From Psammoneis japonica (taxonomy: Eukaryota): a stretch of DNA of 64,000 nt. Below are positions 24,373-35,058 of this stretch, piece by piece; within the stretch, counting starts at the first letter, position 1, and the number at the start of each line of letters is the position of its first letter. The notes under the pieces are model-generated. The model saw only the letters and a program-made list of their open reading frames with translations. It was not told the DNA's origin and did not search any database. A program made the position numbers and the translations under genes. The stretch covers positions 372,001-436,000 of the forward strand of contig QPGO01000002.1 in NCBI GenBank assembly GCA_008632985.1. The letters run 5' to 3'.

Positions 24373-24570
24373 CTGAATCGTTGCGTTCTCTCTACTGTTT
24401 GTGGGGCTTTCGTTGCTTCGTTTGTGTGCTTGCGAGTGTCAATTCTTCGATTTGTAACACTGCTTTTTGACTGAATCGTTGCGTTCTCTCTATACTGTTT
24501 GTGGGGCTTTCGTTGCTTCGTTTGTGTGCTTGCGAGTGTCAATTCTTCGATTTGTAACACTGCTTTTCGA
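24373..24570. repeat. Two-copy tandem repeat of about 98 bp
   Basis: ctgaatcgttgcgttctctcta...gtaacactgctttt starts at 24373 and again at 24471. Confidence 0.9.
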
Positions 24571-26642
24571 CTCTCGATGGTTTGTTTGTTTGCTTCGTCT
24601 TTCGCGTGTACGTTTTCGCGGTCTTCGTCGTTGCTGTTGCTTGATTGCTGTTGATGATTCTTTTGTTTTTAGTGCTTGCTGCCATTGTCTTGTCTCTTTT
24701 TCGTTTCTGTTGCTGTTGGCAAGATTGCGTGGCTTCGTTTCGCTTTATTGTTGAGTTATCTTGTTTGTGAGCTCTCCCTGCTGCTTGTCTGTGTTTGTGG
24801 GTGTCAATTGCTTCCTTTTTCATTCTTGTGCTGGTCTTGTTGCTTGATTCTATTTGCGCGGTTGCAATTTTTCGTCTTACGCACCTTTGTTTGCGTGGTT
24901 GCTTTGTGTTTTGCCTCGCTGTTTGATGCCGTAGTTTTCTTTTTTTTGTCGTCGTTAGCTTCGTTTGTGAATTTCTATCCTTGACTTGCTGTACATCGTC
25001 CTTTGCTACTCACCTTTTTCCTGTTATATTTGGCGGGATCCCGTCTCATTCCGGTTCTTTCTCAGGAGAACCAACAATGCCGTAAGTGTTTGTATTCACA
25101 TTTTTGTATGCCTGTTTGCGCCCTTACTACTAGTTTGCTCTTGTATTCACAGGAATCTACCTTATTTGCTATTACAAGGTCCCATTCTCGGGCCCCCAAT
25201 ACCTCTCCTTTCGGTTTCTCCATCCTCCATCATCGTGCCCCAATGTCTTTCGTCACAATTCCTTCGGTCTCTCTCTCTCGACGCCATACTCCCACCACAT
25301 TGTCTGATCATTGCCACAACACCTACAATCTCCACAGTCCTTTCGTTTCTCAGATTTCGTTCTTATAACTTGTGATCCACTTGTCCGTCTTGTCCTGTGT
25401 TCCGTCTTCCTCCAAATCAGTGGTCGCCGTGATCCACCTCCAGTTTCTTCAGATTGTCTTGTCCCTCCTATCTCCAAATCGTTCGTATGCCACGTAATCC
25501 ACCCCGTCGACTCTATATCGTCTTGTCCACCCTGTACTGTGTCCCATGTTCCTTCATATCTATCTCCACCGCCTCCAATACCTTCAGTCCGTCTTGTCTC
25601 TCCTGTATTGCATTCCACACCGCTGATTCTATGTATCTACTCGCGAGTAGGGTTTTTCGCAGTGCATGCAAGGTGAGTAGTGTGCTTTGGTATTGTCGTT
25701 GCCGCACTGTTTCTTTTACTCGTTTATACTAATCACTTGCTGATTCACAGGTTTGGAGTGTGATCCTTCTTGGATTGGATTGCACTTCAAACCAACCTTA
25801 CCCCCCCCCCCCCCAAAAAAAAAGGTCTCCCTGCCTTGATCCTTCAAAGATTCGAATTGGGCCGTAGTCAATCATGTCGACGCACAAGGTTTAAGTAACA
25901 GCGGGTCCCGCCTCGCACCTTATGTTCTTTCGAACAAAATACGGACCAGGAGTGCCCCGACATTAGACTACGCGACTTTAGTTACCCTTGAAAACCCGTG
26001 CCTTACCTTTTACAGTAGCACATCAATAAGCTTTTTAGAAAATAAATCGGGCATCTCACTAAACGGAGGAAGCCTGGCTACGGCGAAAGGCGCGCCTACC
26101 TTTGATCTCTAGCTAGTATCGTAGTGTTGCGATTGAGTCGTCCCAATGCTGGAGAATATGGAACGTATTTTCTTTGTGAGCCACTACTGGCGATGCTTTG
26201 TACTGTCTCTTTGCTTGACGAAAATCTCCTATTCCTTGTTAAGGTCCTAGAAGGCGGATGTTTTACCCATAAGGTCACGTAAGCGAGCCGTCCAATCAAT
26301 TCATGACGAGCAAGAAGAAGCACTGTAGTATCACTAGATATTTGAGATTACATCACAGCGTGAATTTCAACTGGGTCCAGCACACGACTACATCAAGGAC
26401 TCGGCTGCTGGAAACCCAATCATCAAAGCGAGGCGGATCACATAGGCAGCCTATGAACTCGTTGTGGGGACACGGATGGCAAGTGGTGGCACACCCGAAG
26501 CTCTATAAGACAAATAATCCCCTCGGACAGTGTCATAGTCGTACACTCGATAGCAGCGCCCCGGACACCTTCAATACTCGACATACCGGTACCAACTTTC
26601 ATCCAAAGATAAACAACACTCAGACTTTGTGATCTTTCTCTT

Positions 26643-27329
26643 CTAGCCCTCGTCCTCGCTACTTTCATCAGACGATGAATCATCCTGCAGCGTCATGTTT
26701 TTGATGCGGTTTGTATTCAAAAAGTAGTCATCATCTTCAATCACATTGTAAACAATTCCATCGTTATCCGATCTATCGTCTTGCGCCTCTTTATCGTCTT
26801 CTTCCTCCGAGTCAGAATCAGTATCTCCACTTTCGTTTTGCGTCTTTAACAAGTCGCGGACTCGATCCATGTCTGCTCTATCTGTGTCAGTGTCTTGGGA
26901 AGTGGAGAACTCGTCATCGTACGAGGGCCACAAGTTTTGTTTCTTCAAGTGATTCACCTGGTCCTTGTACAGTATATGGGTAATCTCTAGTCGGACCCCA
27001 CCACCAGCTTCATTATTGTTGCCCGGTGAAGTTTTCTTGTTATCAGCAGACGGTTCATCCGTACCGGTACGACAAATCACAAAGTCGTTTCGTTTTACCC
27101 ATACAAGTTTGTGAAATTTTGTGGGTAATATCGCAATCTGAGACTGACGATTCTTCAGCGAGTCGTCCTTGTTGGAATAAGCGACAAGCACATCAAACAA
27201 GTTGCCTCCTCGCGTCGCAACCACCTTGGCAATGCGATCTCCCTTGGAAGCGTCCGGTTCTGGAAATTCATGTAGCACAGAATCGGTCAGATGTTTTCGA
27301 TAATGAGAACGACGACCCAATCCAGCCAT
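26643..27329 (-). CDS. EIF1AD: eIF1A-domain RNA-binding protein
   Basis: IAKVVATRGGNLFDV, ILPTKFHKLVWVKRNDFVI, ITHILYKDQVNHLKKQNLWP, acidic tail with NTNR. Confidence 0.85.
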   Translation of the reverse strand: MAGLGRRSHYRKHLTDSVLHEFPEPDASKGDRIAKVVATRGGNLFDVLVAYSNKDDSLKNRQSQIAILPTKFHKLVWVKRNDFVICRTGTDEPSADNKKTSPGNNNEAGGGVRLEITHILYKDQVNHLKKQNLWPSYDDEFSTSQDTDTDRADMDRVRDLLKTQNESGDTDSDSEEEDDKEAQDDRSDNDGIVYNVIEDDDYFLNTNRIKNMTLQDDSSSDESSEDEG

Positions 27330-27804
27330 TTTAATGATAGTTGCTAAAGATAAAGGACAATGAAAGTGCGGTTGAGGTTGCAACGCAAAACACAACAGCT
27401 CTTTCACGTTTTTTGGAATATTTTGGATGGATCGGAAATGGCGGGAAAACGGATGCAGGCCAGACGCAAAATGAACATTCATTTAACGGATGACGTCATA
27501 AGGCAGAATCTGACTTTTATATTCAGATAACTAAGTACCATAAAAAAGTTGATGGAAGCGGATTGTCACAAGCAACTTTTGCGAAACAGTGAGGGAACAA
27601 GACACAAAACGACAGGAGATGACGTCGAATTGTAGTAGGACAAACTGATACACAATGATTTGTTTGGATAGATAGCAGGGGGTAGAGACTAATCACCCAC
27701 AATTTGTACATTCGCTCCCCCAGAGACTGTACCGATTGTCTCACAAAATCGCAATCCGGACAATTGCTTCTATTAACTCACTCTTTCTTTGCAGAAACTA
27801 CTAC

Positions 27805-29028
27805 ATGATGGCCCCGCAGTCGAACCAAAACTCTATCGAATACACCATGCCCGAGTACAACAACAACGACCGCCCTACTTCTCCCGTCAAGGCTGCCGTC
27901 ATTGGCACCGGCTATGTCGGTCTTCCGCTTTGTGTCCTTATGAAGGATTGCGGTCACCACGTTACCGGGTTTGATCTCAACATGAAGCGTACCGTCAGTC
28001 ATTCCATGGGAGTATCCACCATTGACGACGTGCAGGATCATGAACTCGAGGGCATTACCTTTACTTCGGAAGCTACCGCGATTGAGGATCACGATGTCTA
28101 CGTCATTTGTGTTCCGACTCCCGTCACGGAAAGCAAGATGCCGGACCTCAAGTACGTTCGATCCGTCAAGAGTACACTCATGGAGCACGCCAAGCCCGGT
28201 GCACTCATTATCCTGGAGAGCACGGTTGGTGTGGGAGACACCCGTCGTGTATTCAAGGACATGTGTGCTGAGGGATTTCGCGTTGCCAACAGTCCCGAGC
28301 GTATCGACCCGTCGCGCAAGTTTCCTACTCTCCAAGACATTCCCAAGGTTGTCGGTGGTGTCAACGCCGAATCTACCATGGCGGCCTTTTCCTTTTACAG
28401 CACGGTGTTCACTTCGGTGGTGCCGGTACGCAACTCGGATCACTCGGAGGCGGTCAAGCTTTTGGAAAACTCGTACCGAGCCGTCAACATTTCATTCATC
28501 AATGAGTTTGCCGACTTTTGCGACACGTCCGATTTGGATGTCAATGACGTTGTGGATGCCGCTAGCACCAAGCCGTACGGCTTCTCTCCCTTTCGTAGCT
28601 GGATTGGTGTCGGTGGACACTGCATTCCCGTGGATCCACACTACCTAATCGGATCGGATGCCAACCTCAGCTGGCCTATCCTATCAAGCTCCATGGCGTC
28701 CATGCATGCTCGCCCGAGCAAGCTTGCCAACGACCGCGTTCAGGCGGGTGGCCTTGAAAAGGTGTTGGTGTGTGGCGTGAGCTACAAGCCTAACGTGTCC
28801 GATACGCGTGATGCGCCTCAGTCGGACTTTGTGCGCACCATGAAGAAACAGGGAGTCAAGGTTGACTTTTTTGACCCGCTCGTTGACTCGTTTGAAGGCC
28901 TTGATCGCAAGGATAATCTCGCTGATATTGAGGACTATGACAAGGTGTTTGTCATGCACAAGCACAAGGTGTGCGCCGAGGAGCTTGAGGAACTTCGTGG
29001 AATTCCCAACGTAGAGTTCTTTTGCTAG
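27805..29028 (+). CDS. UDP-glucose/GDP-mannose dehydrogenase family protein (WbpA/WecC-like), copy 1
   Basis: IGTGYVGLPL Rossmann motif, ICVPTP, ILEST, SPERIDP, KLLENSYRAVNISFINE, GVGGHCIPVDP, GVSYKPNVSDTR. Confidence 0.9.
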   Translation: MMAPQSNQNSIEYTMPEYNNNDRPTSPVKAAVIGTGYVGLPLCVLMKDCGHHVTGFDLNMKRTVSHSMGVSTIDDVQDHELEGITFTSEATAIEDHDVYVICVPTPVTESKMPDLKYVRSVKSTLMEHAKPGALIILESTVGVGDTRRVFKDMCAEGFRVANSPERIDPSRKFPTLQDIPKVVGGVNAESTMAAFSFYSTVFTSVVPVRNSDHSEAVKLLENSYRAVNISFINEFADFCDTSDLDVNDVVDAASTKPYGFSPFRSWIGVGGHCIPVDPHYLIGSDANLSWPILSSSMASMHARPSKLANDRVQAGGLEKVLVCGVSYKPNVSDTRDAPQSDFVRTMKKQGVKVDFFDPLVDSFEGLDRKDNLADIEDYDKVFVMHKHKVCAEELEELRGIPNVEFFC

Positions 29029-29166
29029 AGAGTGACTCAATAACTGATAACTTTAGAAACTGCCATTGAATAATGATACCAAGTCGTGTCCATAGTAATT
29101 TGCGCGAGTCTTGGAACTCCTCTACTGCATCTTTTCCTCTAGCCATCTGTATTCGCTTCACTAGAC

Positions 29167-29673
29167 CTACTTGTTCGAGAGCTTCCTGTGTCGATCACAG
29201 GACGAGACAAAGGCTCGTACAATAATGTTGAATTCATCCTGCGTCAACTTGTTGGCGAGGAAACCACTGTTGAGAAACTCCATCTTGGGTTGGTCCGGTA
29301 CAGTCATGGATGTCATGGCGTTGCTAATCCACATGGACATGAGATTTGCTCCACACAACAAATTCAATTTCCAGAGGATACCCGCAACACTACCGCTACT
29401 ACTACTGCCACCGTTTTCATTGACAATGGAGTACGACGGCAGTTCACCAACCAGCGATCCCACGAGTGCATTGACAAGATTCTGTCCTTGCTGCGTCAAG
29501 ACGCTTTCCATGGATGTCATGACGGCTTGGCCTTGAGCATTACTGTTTATGTTTAGCCCAGCAGTAATGGCGGCTTCTAAAAAGTGGAGCGTCCCCCGAT
29601 TGGCGTCACGGTGGGACAGTCGCATGCCGACAACGGCCAATTGAAACAAGCACGACAAGAGCGGCGTGTTGAC
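29167..29673 (-). pseudogene. Duplicated 3' fragment of the transportin-3 gene
   Basis: VNTPLLSCLFQ...CDRHRKLSNK is nearly identical to the C-terminus of 31564-34603, with no upstream part. Confidence 0.88.
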
Positions 29674-30209
29674 TGCTATTACGGTTTTCGAATGTACAAA
29701 TATCTCCAGCACTAACAAGACTCTATAAAAGTCTTGCCGAACCTACAAAGCTCGACGATGTAAGCTTTCGCTTTCGCTTCATCATTGTGGTTGGCATGTT
29801 TTTCTCGTGAGCTAAAAAAGTCGCGATCGGCCGTTTTTAACGGTCGTTGCCGTTACAGCTTGGATGTCGACCGTTGGAAATGCCGATGCGCCCGAAGCGC
29901 GCAATGATGTTTTGGCGCTTCCACTGGTGGATTGGGTTGACGCCCGAAGACACATCTAAAAAGAGCTAACTACGTGTAAAAAAAAAAGGTTTTAGGTTTA
30001 CACGTAACCCTAAAAAAACTAAAATGGGCGTAAGTAGGACAAACTGATACACAATGATTTGTTTGGATAGATAGCAGGGGGTACCGGTAGAGGCTAATCA
30101 CCCACAAGTTGTACATTCGCTCTCTCAGAGACTGTACCGATTGTCTCACAAAATCGCAATCCGGACAATTGCTTCTATTAACTCACTCTTTCTTTGCAGA
30201 AACTACTAC

Positions 30210-31433
30210 ATGATGGCCCCGCAGTCGAACCAAAACTCTATCGAATACACCATGCCCGAGTACAACAACACTGACCGCCCTACTTCTCCCGTCAAGGCTG
30301 CCGTCATTGGCACCGGCTATGTCGGTCTCCCACTTTGTGTCCTTATGAAGGATTGCGGTCACCTCGTTACCGGGTTTGATCTCAACATGAAGCGTACCGT
30401 CAGTCATTCCATGGGAGTGTCCACCATTGATGACGTGCAGGATCATGAACTCGAGGGTATTGCCTTTACTTCGGAAGCTACCGCGATTGAGGATCACGAT
30501 GTCTACGTCATTTGTGTTCCGACTCCCGTCACGGAAAGCAAGATGCCTGACCTCAAGTACGTTCGATCCGTCAAGAGTACGCTCATGGAGCACGCCAAGC
30601 CCGGTGCACTCATTATCCTGGAGAGCACGGTTGGTGTGGGAGACACCCGTCGTGTATTCAAGGACATGTGTGCCGAGGGATTTCGCGTTGCCAACAGTCC
30701 CGAGCGTATCGACCCGTCGCGCAAGTTTCCTACTCTCCAAGACATTCCCAAGGTTGTCGGTGGTGTCAATGCCGAGTCTACCATGGCGGCCTTTTCCTTT
30801 TACAGCACGGTATTCACTTCGGTGGTGCCGGTACGCAACTCGGATCACTCGGAGGCGGTCAAGCTTTTGGAAAACTCGTACCGAGCCGTCAACATTTCAT
30901 TCATCAACGAGTTCGCCGACTTTTGCGACACGTCCGATTTGGAAGTCAATGACGTTGTGGATGCCGCTAGTACCAAGCCGTACGGCTTCTCTCCTTTTCG
31001 TAGCTGGATTGGTGTCGGTGGACACTGCATTCCCGTGGATCCACACTACCTAATCGGATCGGATGCCAACCTCAGTTGGCCTATTCTATCAAGCTCCATG
31101 GCGTCCATGCATGCTCGCCCGAGCAAGCTTGCCAACGACCGCGTTCAGGCGGGTGACCTTGAAAAGGTGTTGGTGTGTGGCGTGAGCTACAAGCCTAACG
31201 TGTCCGATACGCGTGATGCGCCTCAGTCGGACTTTGTGCGCACCATGAAGAAACAGGGAGTCAAGGTTGACTTTTTTGACCCGCTCGTTGACTCGTTTGA
31301 AGATCTTGACCGCAAGGATAATCTCGCTGATATTGAGGACTATGACAAGGTGTTTGTCATGCACAAGCACAAGGTGTGCGCCGAGGAGCTTGAGGAACTT
31401 CGTGGAATTCCCAACGTAGAGTTCTTTTGCTAG
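30210..31433 (+). CDS. UDP-glucose/GDP-mannose dehydrogenase family protein, copy 2
   Basis: Differs from copy 1 at only a handful of residues. Confidence 0.9.
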   Translation: MMAPQSNQNSIEYTMPEYNNTDRPTSPVKAAVIGTGYVGLPLCVLMKDCGHLVTGFDLNMKRTVSHSMGVSTIDDVQDHELEGIAFTSEATAIEDHDVYVICVPTPVTESKMPDLKYVRSVKSTLMEHAKPGALIILESTVGVGDTRRVFKDMCAEGFRVANSPERIDPSRKFPTLQDIPKVVGGVNAESTMAAFSFYSTVFTSVVPVRNSDHSEAVKLLENSYRAVNISFINEFADFCDTSDLEVNDVVDAASTKPYGFSPFRSWIGVGGHCIPVDPHYLIGSDANLSWPILSSSMASMHARPSKLANDRVQAGDLEKVLVCGVSYKPNVSDTRDAPQSDFVRTMKKQGVKVDFFDPLVDSFEDLDRKDNLADIEDYDKVFVMHKHKVCAEELEELRGIPNVEFFC

Positions 31434-31563
31434 AGAGTGACTCAATAACTGATAACTTTAGAAACTGCCATTGAATAAAGATACCAAGTCGTGCCCATTG
31501 TAATTTGCGAATCTTGGAACTCCTCTACTGCAACTTTACCTCTATCCTTCTGTATTCGCTTCA

Positions 31564-34500
31564 CTACTTGTTGGAGAGCTTCCTGTGTCGATCACAGGAC
31601 GAGGCAAAGGCTCGTACAATGATGTTGAATTCATCCTGCGTCAACTTGTTGGCGAGGAAACCACTGTTAAGAAATTCCATCTTGGGTTGGTCCGGTACAG
31701 CCATGGATGTCATGGCGTTGCTAATCCACATAGTCATGAGATTTGCTCCACACAATAAATTCAATTTCCAGAGGATACCCGCAACACTACCGCTACTAGT
31801 ACTGCCACCGTTTTCATTGGCAATGGAGTACGACGGCAGTTCACCAACCAGCGATCCCACGAGTGCATTGACAAGATTCTGTCCTTGCTGCGTCAAGACG
31901 TTTTCCATGGACTTCATGACGGCTTGGCCTTGAGCATTACTGTTGATGTTGGAATCATTCTTCACGTTCAACCCTGCACTAATGGCGGCTTCTAAAAAGT
32001 GGAGCGTCCCCCGATTGGCGTCACGGTGGGATAGTCGCATGCCGACAACGGCCAATTGAAACAAGCACGACAAGAGCGGCGTGTTGACCAACAAATCATG
32101 ACCCGTCCCGCCACCGCTGCTGCTGCTGCGGCAATAGCCAATGACACGTCCCATGAGATAGAATAATTCTTCCACAACATCGGGATGAGCAATCATGGTG
32201 TCCAAATCGTTATTTTGAAGCGTATCGACGGCTAGCCTCGTCATGGATTCCACCGTCTCCATGAGCTTGGCGGTATACGCGACATCGTGTCCAAAGTCCG
32301 AGACACAAATGCTGGCACAATACAAGTACGGCGATTGACGCGTCAATTCAAACAGTGCAACGAGCTGTCTCAACAACGAATCCAACATGGGTGCAAAGCC
32401 GGTTGGTCCACAGGTTCGAATGGCGTGTTTGAACAAGCGACAATTTTTCTCCGCCAATTGTATGTTGGAGGGGTATCGTTGCGTCGCACCATCCAAGAGG
32501 GACCAACATGATTGAACAATTTCAATGGTGCCCTGGGTGGACGAATTTGGAATTTTCCAATACCGCACCACGACGGTGAGACGTTCCACTTCGGCAACAA
32601 TTTGACGAACATGCTGTGGAGAACTCCTCTCGGTTGGTACAGAAAGCAGCTGCGTAAAGCGTGTACCAATTGGTTGTACAATCTGCGACAAATAGGACGA
32701 AGCCGCACTTTCGGGACTAGCAGCTTCTTTTAACTGCTGAGTCAAGGCTTTGCAAACTCCCTCCAATATTTGCAATTCGTCTCGCAACTCCAAGGATGGT
32801 TGCGTTGCCGCTGTTACTTGCTGGTATAGCTGCAACACGGCATCTCCAAGCGCCACGTTGGGACACTCACAGAGTTGTTTAATAGCCACCGCCGCAGCCG
32901 TGGCACACTTGGGTATCGACAAGCCTTGTGCTAAAAAGGGCATGAGCGGTTGCATGTATTCCACGGCATGGTTGGCCAACCACGGTGCGTACTTGCCCAC
33001 CAAGAGACTTGCCGTAAACCGAAGTGGTTGAATTTGGGGTGGCAACTGCGGCAGCAATTGAAAGCAAAAAGGCAGACATTCATTTTCATCCAATGGAACA
33101 AACATGTGAATGGCTTGAATTGCAAACAAGCATGATTCAATGCCTTGCCATGATGACGACGACGACTCGTTTGGAGTAGCAGTATTGCATTGTTGTTGAA
33201 AACGTTGACACTGTTGTTGCAACAATTGCAAGAGACGTCGCAGTACGACATCACCACCAAGCAATCGACAACAATCTTCAACCGTTTCGGCGACATAATA
33301 TCGATCCCGATGAACTTCATCCAGGGCATCTTCAGGCAAGTCGTCCAAATCTTGTGGAAACACCAATAGGTGATTGACGCACGTGTTTAGCAATTCATGC
33401 AAGAGTGGTGTAAAGGCATCAATGACTGCTTGACGACGTTGAAATGGTTCCATGGCTTCTAAATCCATGACGAATCGGTACCAAAAGTGCAACGTCATGT
33501 GTGAAATTTCCGCATCCCCAGACAAGACATTGCAAGACCCACGTGACAATGGCAAACGCGTGCTGCTCTTGTGCCAGGATGTAACTCAAGTAAGATTCAC
33601 CCATTTCCGTGACGAACCGTGTATAGCCACGAAGCAAATCTTCGACACCATGTTGGTTGGCTTGTTGAAAGGATGGTTGCAGGGATAGCAAGAGCGGAAG
33701 GAACTTGTTTATCAATCCCTCATTGTGACGGACATGACTGGGATACATGCGCAACACTTCCACCACAACATCGACCGCCACTTCGGCAATCGTTTCGTGA
33801 TTATGAATTTGGTTTGTTTCAAAAGACAATTCGCCCACGACTTGTTGTAGCATGGGACTGTCGGCAATCACTTGGGGCGGAACGGGAACGTGGCGGATCC
33901 ATGCATGCATGGCACTGTAAACACGTTCTTTGTGAAGTTGTACTTGTGACATACCAAAGGCAAAGACGGCCCCACAATGAGCCACCAGCTGATCACGCAT
34001 TTGATAACGCACCAATTCGTCTATTAATACCAATCGATCCGATGCACACTCTTCGGGCAAGACGCGAAGAATTTCCAGCACGGGCAATACTTGCTGATCT
34101 TGTTGTTGTGATGAAGATAGTAAATCGGGAACCACCGTCATCCACGACATTTGTACCGACAATGCGGATATGGCCATGGCAAGTCTTGTCAGTAGCGCCG
34201 ACGATGCATTGGCTTCTTTCGCAAATTTAGACAAGTGTTGCAACAACGAATCACGTAAACTGGGTAATGATTCCGGTGGCAATTGATGAATGTCCGTACG
34301 ACACTTGGTATGGAGCGTTTGTGCTGCAAAAAAAGAAACTTGTGGTGCTGCTACGGCACTGTCTTGCAAGAGCAAATCACAAACCATCCAACTGACGGGT
34401 GTTGATTGAAAGCTCTGTAAATACAAATCGGCGAGTTGACGTCCTTGCAACCAGTTGTTGCTAGTGCTGTTATTGTCGGGTGTGGTGGGAGGCTGTTGAG

Positions 34501-34603
34501 AGTAGAGAGCCTCGAGTGCTAAGCGTACACGACCCAATTCTTCCTCTACATTGGTACTATGAGGAGGAAGAGCGTCAGACGACGGAGAGGGACTAGACGC
34601 CAT
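31564..34603 (-). CDS. TNPO3: Transportin-3/Mtr10-like importin-beta family protein (one apparent frameshift near 33525)
   Basis: ADLYLQSFQSTPVSWMVC, FFAAQTLHTK, LEILRVLPEE, TLHFWY, WQGIESCLF and HPDVVEELF motifs across two overlapping ORFs. Confidence 0.8.
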
Positions 34604-35058
34604 GGTGCGATTGCGGATTTCGCTGAAAGCTGAGAAGTGATGAGTGATGAGAGCGCTAACGCGTGCAAGACGGTCGCCGTGCAGACATTAAAGTAGAGGG
34701 GGGAAGAAATGGTAACTTGCACGTAGGAATACTATGGTGTTGACCCAAGCGGCGCCATTTTGGACTACCCCGCTTTCCAGCTGGCATCCACATTACCAAA
34801 ATGTCTAGTTTCTGATAATGACGCAAGATTTTGTCACACAAGACATTTTCCACCAATCAAAATCCTCCAAATTGTGAGCTGGTGAAAAGACATCGTTCGT
34901 CATTCCGCCGACTGCAACTTGCCACCGACACGACGACACGACTTTCGCGATCCACCGCTTTCTTTTATTTGCTGTACCTCTTATCCGAGAGCAACAAAGA
35001 ACGAAGGCATACCAAACGTCGTTATTGCTATTGCTGTTTGTAATCTGAGACTAATAAA

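Larger units (their letters stand above)
27635..32088. repeat. Recent direct segmental duplication, 27635-29673 and 30033-32088
   Basis: Near-identical sequence from agtaggacaaactg to gagcggcgtgttgac, separated by about 360 bp of unique spacer. Confidence 0.92.

Noticed and set aside
27778..28648. Antisense and shifted-frame ORFs over the dehydrogenase genes
   Set aside because: These are shadow ORFs of a codon-biased real gene.
29985..30020. Telomere-like ttttagg/taaccctaa inverted motif in the duplication spacer
   Set aside because: Single imperfect units with no array, so it may be chance.
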